Part shown: positions 59,596-64,000 of the stretch, piece by piece
Numbering within the stretch: position 1 is the first letter of the stretch
Layout of the letters: each line of letters starts with the position of its first letter
NCBI GenBank assembly: GCA_965112735.1
Contig: OZ218953.1
Span: 2,108,001 to 2,172,000, forward strand
Length of the DNA stretch: 64,000 nucleotides
Reading direction: 5' to 3'
DNA from: Phaeosaccion multiseriatum
Lineage: Eukaryota > Protista > Ochrophyta, other classes
Translations under genes and position numbers: made by a program
The notes under the pieces: model-generated
What the model was told of the DNA's origin: nothing
Databases searched by the model: none
The model's input: only the letters and a program-made list of their open reading frames with translations

Positions 59596-60069
59596 GAGTC
59601 ACCACAGTGGAGGGGAAAAAAGGAGAATGCCCAGAACGATGAAATGCAAGCGAATAGAGGTCAGGAGGACGACGAGTACAAGCAGGGATGGACACCTGGC
59701 ACTTTCCCTCTCCCTTCCTCTTCCTCACCTCCTTCACTTCCCTCCTCGCCCCCTTGCAGCTCCCCTTCGAGCTCCTGCAGAGAGCTAACCAGGAGCTGGG
59801 ATGGTGCGAGGGGCAGCTGATCAAGGCGAAGCAGAGGCCAAGACTCCATATCCAAAATCTTTTGCTTTTGCTGCTCCCCCGCCCCCTCCTCTGGCTCCCC
59901 GCGCACCACCGCGACAGCCATATCCAAACTCCACAACAAGCTTTTTATCCTTCTTGGGTAATGTCAACTGCCAACCATCTCGATTTCGATATCGAATATC
60001 GAGCTCCATTTTCAACCGAGGGGCGGTGAGACATTACTTTTATTAGACAACCTACTTCTGTTGGTGGTG

Positions 60070-60293
60070 GCGGTGGTAAAGTCCACAAAATGTGGGGCCA
60101 AGGAAGCTCCATGCTCTGGCCGGACCCACTTCTCGTTGGTGAACCGCTTGGCGAGGACATTGGACATGGGCAAGAGTACGAGCATCAAGCCGGGTCATAC
60201 ATGCAAGTTCTATTCGGTGGGCGGGTGCGAGAAGTGGGTCCGGCCAGAGCATGTCGCTTCCTTGGCCCCACGTTTTGTGGACTTTACCACCGC
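60070..60293. repeat. Inverted repeat / hairpin 1 (66-bp arms, 92-nt loop)
   Basis: 60070-60135 vs the reverse complement of 60228-60293, 3 differences. Confidence 0.9.
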
Positions 60294-60333
60294 ACCACCC
60301 GGGGCGAAAGAGTCCATGCAGTTGCGGTGTGAG

Positions 60334-60480
60334 CAGCTTGCCCGCCAATCGCAGCTGGTCTTTTGTCCATCTTCTGTCTGCATCAAAGCCGGCGAAAGAG
60401 TCCATGCAGTTGCGGTGTGCGCCAGCTTTGATGCAGGCAGAAGATGGACAAAAGACCAGCTGCGATTGGCGGGCAAGCTG
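60334..60480. repeat. Inverted repeat / hairpin 2 (61-bp arms, 25-nt loop)
   Basis: 60334-60394 vs the reverse complement of 60420-60480, 2 differences. Confidence 0.9.
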
Positions 60481-61282
60481 GAATGGAGCCTCATGCCCCC
60501 CCCCCCCCCCCGGGAGGGAGGGAGGTGACCCCGATACCCCCGCCACATCGATGTTGGAGGCCATTGGACTCAGCCCAGAAAAGGTCGGGGAGCTGCTGGT
60601 GCCCGACCCTAGGGTCTTTGAGGCTCTCCTCCGGCACGCGGAAGAGCACCGCCAGAGTGCACCAGTGGCCCCCTTTGGCAACAAGCCCTACTCGCCGCTT
60701 TTTGAACAATGGGAGGGGGAGGAGCCCGCGGCAGCAGCAGCAGCTGCTGCTGCAGAGCCAGCAGAGCCAGCAGCAGGGCGGGAGAGCAAGAGGATGAGCG
60801 AGTGCAGGCTACGAGCGAGATCGGAAGCAGCGGGCATACACGCCAAAAGGACAGCCAAGACGGGCCGCCCTGGCAGCCTACGCGCCATGTGCGAGCGATG
60901 GCGGTGCATATCGAGAAACTCTCATCGCGCCAATGACATGGCCAAGGGGGCCTGGCGTTGCTTATTCGACACTGTCATTCTCGGAGAAGCGAAGGCAAGC
61001 ATCAGGCGAAAACAGCACGGACTCGCCGGATTTGCCGCGCAAAACGCCCTCCAAATTCCAAATCCATCCATCCTTTTTGACTCGCCGGATTTGCCACGCC
61101 AAATTCCAAAATCCTGACTTTTCGCATACACCCAAAAGGCCATTCCCCCCGTGCAACCGCATGGGGGCGGCGCTGGAGCGTCTGTCCCCCCTGGGAGGAT
61201 GGCAAGGGTTAAAAAAATGAAACTGAAACTGAAAGTCGACCTCAACGCTTATCATCGTTTTGCTTGTGCGGACTTGGTCTAT

Positions 61283-63178
61283 CTACATGTCGTCGTGCTT
61301 GGTGTCTCCATCATCCGGCTCGTACTTTGCGAGCCGCCGCCGGAGATTCACCACTTGGTCGGATTTTGTGCTGCGGGGAGGGAATCGAATCGAGGGAAGG
61401 AGCGAGGAGGGGGGGAGGAGAGGCAGGAGGAGAGCAAGGGAGCGTGAGTAAGCGGCAGGGTCGAGACATATGTCGTTAACCTATCGCGAAAAGACCTGGA
61501 CTCGACACAGTAGAGCAATGCAAAGGAACTATTCATCCATTCCCTCCTTCATTCTGTGCATTCACTTCGTCACGACCTACGAACGCGAAGGGACCTGCAT
61601 ACTTACTTGAGCATTTTCCTGAGCTGAGCAAACTGCTTTGACTCGCTCAGTTTCTTGACACCCTCTTCCTCCGCCTCGGCAAGGAGATCTCTCGCCCCCT
61701 CCAGCTCCTGCTGCAGGTCTTGCACTGTTCGATGTCCCTCGCTCATCTGGACGGGTGGTAGTGGTGGGGGTGGTGATGGATGGTGATGGTGGTGGGGGTG
61801 ATGGGAAGGAAAAGAACCGGTACCCTAGGCAGGCCCGCCAGCACCCTTGAAGGCCAGTACACCTGTGGGTCCTATGCAAAGCTCGCATGCTTGTCTTCAA
61901 CCCCGTCCGTACGGACCTTGCTATCGAGTCTCTTGGCGTCTTGTTCAAGGGCCCCCTTGTCGTCTGCCACTCTCATGACTTTTTCCTCTAATTGCCGCAC
62001 CTCCTGCAGCACAGTGGCCAAGGGGGGGAGGGAGGGCGGGAGGAAGGATGGAAGGAAGGAAGGAAGGAAGGAAGGAAGGAAGGAAGGAAGGATGGAAGGA
62101 AGGAAGGAAGGAAGGAAGGAAGGAAGGAAGGAAGGAAGGAAGGAAGGAAGGAAGGAAGGAAGGAAGGAAGGAAGGAAGGAAGGAAGGAAGGAAGGAAGGA
62201 AGGAAGGAAGGAAGGAAGGAAGGAAGGAAGGAAGGAAGGGAGTTAAGGTCTGGAACATAGTTAGGGCCTTGGCTCAAACCTGAACCCGCACAACGAGTGG
62301 GGCCGAGATCAGAACAAGTTGGGGCTGCTGTTGGCCCTTCCTTTTCGGCTCTCTCTGCAAGTCCAATGCACTACCAACAAAGATGGAACGAACAGACTCT
62401 GTATCTTCTCTCTCCCCCTCTCTCTCTGTGTCTGTCTCTCTCTCCCCCTCTCCCTCTCCCCCTCTATCCCCCTCTCTGCCCCTCTGTCTCTTTCCTCCAT
62501 CTCGCTGTCCCTGTCTCCTCCTCCTCCTCCTCCTCCTCCTCCTCCCTCTGTCTCTCATCTCGAAGCCCACCTGCCGTAGAGAGGAGTTCTCCCGGAGTAT
62601 GTCCGAGGACTCTGCCTGAAGCTTGTTGAACTTGGAAGTGAGGTGATCGTTTGCCTTGTCCAGTCTAAGCGAGGGTGCAAGAGGGAGAAAAAGGGGGTTG
62701 GAGGGTTGGGGCGTTAATAGAGAGCAGGGAGGGAGGGAGGGAGGGAAGGAGGGAGGGGGATGGGAGGGGGGGAGACAGACGGGGAAGGAGACCCATGAGG
62801 ACAGCCAGTTGCTCGCTTTAACCAAAAGGGACACTACTCACTCATCGTTTTTCTCCATCAGTCGTTGATGCTGGTCTTTGATGGACACAAGCTTGTTGGA
62901 CACTGGTCGCCCCTCCCCGCCCAGCTCGAGACTGGCGTTTTCAATGCGGTCGAGAATGGCTCTGTCTTCTACGGAGGTGGTGTCGATTGCAACTCGAGCT
63001 CCCTAGATTCAAAACGAGATAGCAGAGAGTGAGAGAGAGAGGGACGAGGTTCAGGGGGTTGTCTTGGGTACCCCAAGGGTCATGATGTGGCGGCACAGGT
63101 GGGTTGTTGGCATGGGAGTATTGCCTTGAGTACACCATCTTGATTCTGTATGAAGCACCGCCAGATGGATCTCTGGAG

Positions 63179-63209
<31 letters not shown>

Positions 63210-63701
63210 CCACCTGCTCATCGGCACCCTCTAGAATCTGCTTGAGCAGGAGGGACGTGATGTTGATCAACGTGCCAATCTCCTGGCGCACGTCGGCCTT
63301 GACCACTCTCCCTAAGTCGTCGAGAAGGGCCTCTACGTCGTCTTGGCTATACATGTCCTCGTAAAGCCTATTTTTGGTTTGACGTAGAGCAAGGCAGGAT
63401 TGAAGAGGGGAAAGAAATGGAGAGAGAGAGTGTGTGTGTGTAAGAGAGAGAGATACAGAAGAGAGAGAGGGATATGGAGAGGGGTGTTAGATCAGGAGAC
63501 AAGTGCAAATGGAAAGAGCCACCACTACCACCACTATTCCCCTTTTGACACTCCGTACCTATCGCTCTTGACGTCTCTGAACTCCCCCTCCAGCGCCTCG
63601 CACGCGATATCCCTCTTGGCCCTCATGAACTTCAGATACTTCATCACCACACCCTGGTGCTCCCTCGACAGCCCAGAGAACGTGTCACCCCCGGAAGGCA
63701 T
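61283..63701 (-). CDS. LZTFL1: LZTFL1/BBS17 BBSome-trafficking protein, ~7 exons
   Basis: GLSREHQGVVMKYLKFMRAKR...FRDVKSDRLYEDMYSQDDV...LLLKQIL, a coiled-coil middle and C-terminal LRRRLAKYEPDD match LZTFL1. Confidence 0.88.
62040..62238. repeat. (GGAA)n microsatellite, intronic
   Basis: Direct reading. Confidence 0.95.
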
Positions 63702-64000
63702 GGCGAACGTCCTCCTTTTGTAAAAAAAATGTTCTTACACGGATCTCCACAGAGGGCGCGCTCAACCGTTTTGTTGGCTTATTCTAGTCATAGAGAAGCA
63801 TGATAAGCATGTCCAGCTGTACATAGAGAAGCATGTCCACGATGCTCAAGTCCGCCACAGAGGTTTGTCTCAATCGGCCGTGGTCTGTCAAGCGATGTGG
63901 TGGTCAAGGCGCGAGGTTCCAGTGGGTTCCAGTTTACTTTGTTTGTTTGGTGGTGTTTTTGTAACTGTGACCCTGGCCCCTCCCCATCTGCCACACCTCA

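Noticed and set aside
63789-63838. CATAGAGAAGCATG repeated upstream of LZTFL1
   Set aside because: A short local duplication near the window edge that cannot be interpreted

Overview
This is eukaryotic, intron-rich and microsatellite-dense nuclear DNA from a photosynthetic stramenopile (ochrophyte). That assignment is inferred from ASAF-type bipartite plastid presequences, a CYP97 and an StLDP; I cannot name the species. About 15 genes can be assembled by hand from exon fragments: a partial hypothetical gene, PELP1/Rix1, CYP97, YAK1-like DYRK kinase, a divergent CK2-beta with a signal-peptide-like start, ZCCHC10, a NEK kinase, StLDP, a thylakoid-lumen TPM protein, a Gal-3-O-sulfotransferase-like gene, a broken or hypothetical gene, METTL22, an intronless ankyrin+BTB-like gene, a TTLL glutamylase and LZTFL1. 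Non-genic elements are a 529-bp MITE with 30-bp perfect TIRs, two adjacent long hairpins, several ~55-62-bp tandem duplications and many SSRs. The most striking unexplained signal is a dispersed motif, consensus (GCA)GCAGTTGGTGATACAGCAGC. It has 10 exact copies of the 14-mer CAGTTGGTGATACA plus ~10 variants, on both strands, in introns and in exons of unrelated genes read in three different frames. Gene identities come from recognising motifs by eye, not from database searches, and exon boundaries are manual estimates.
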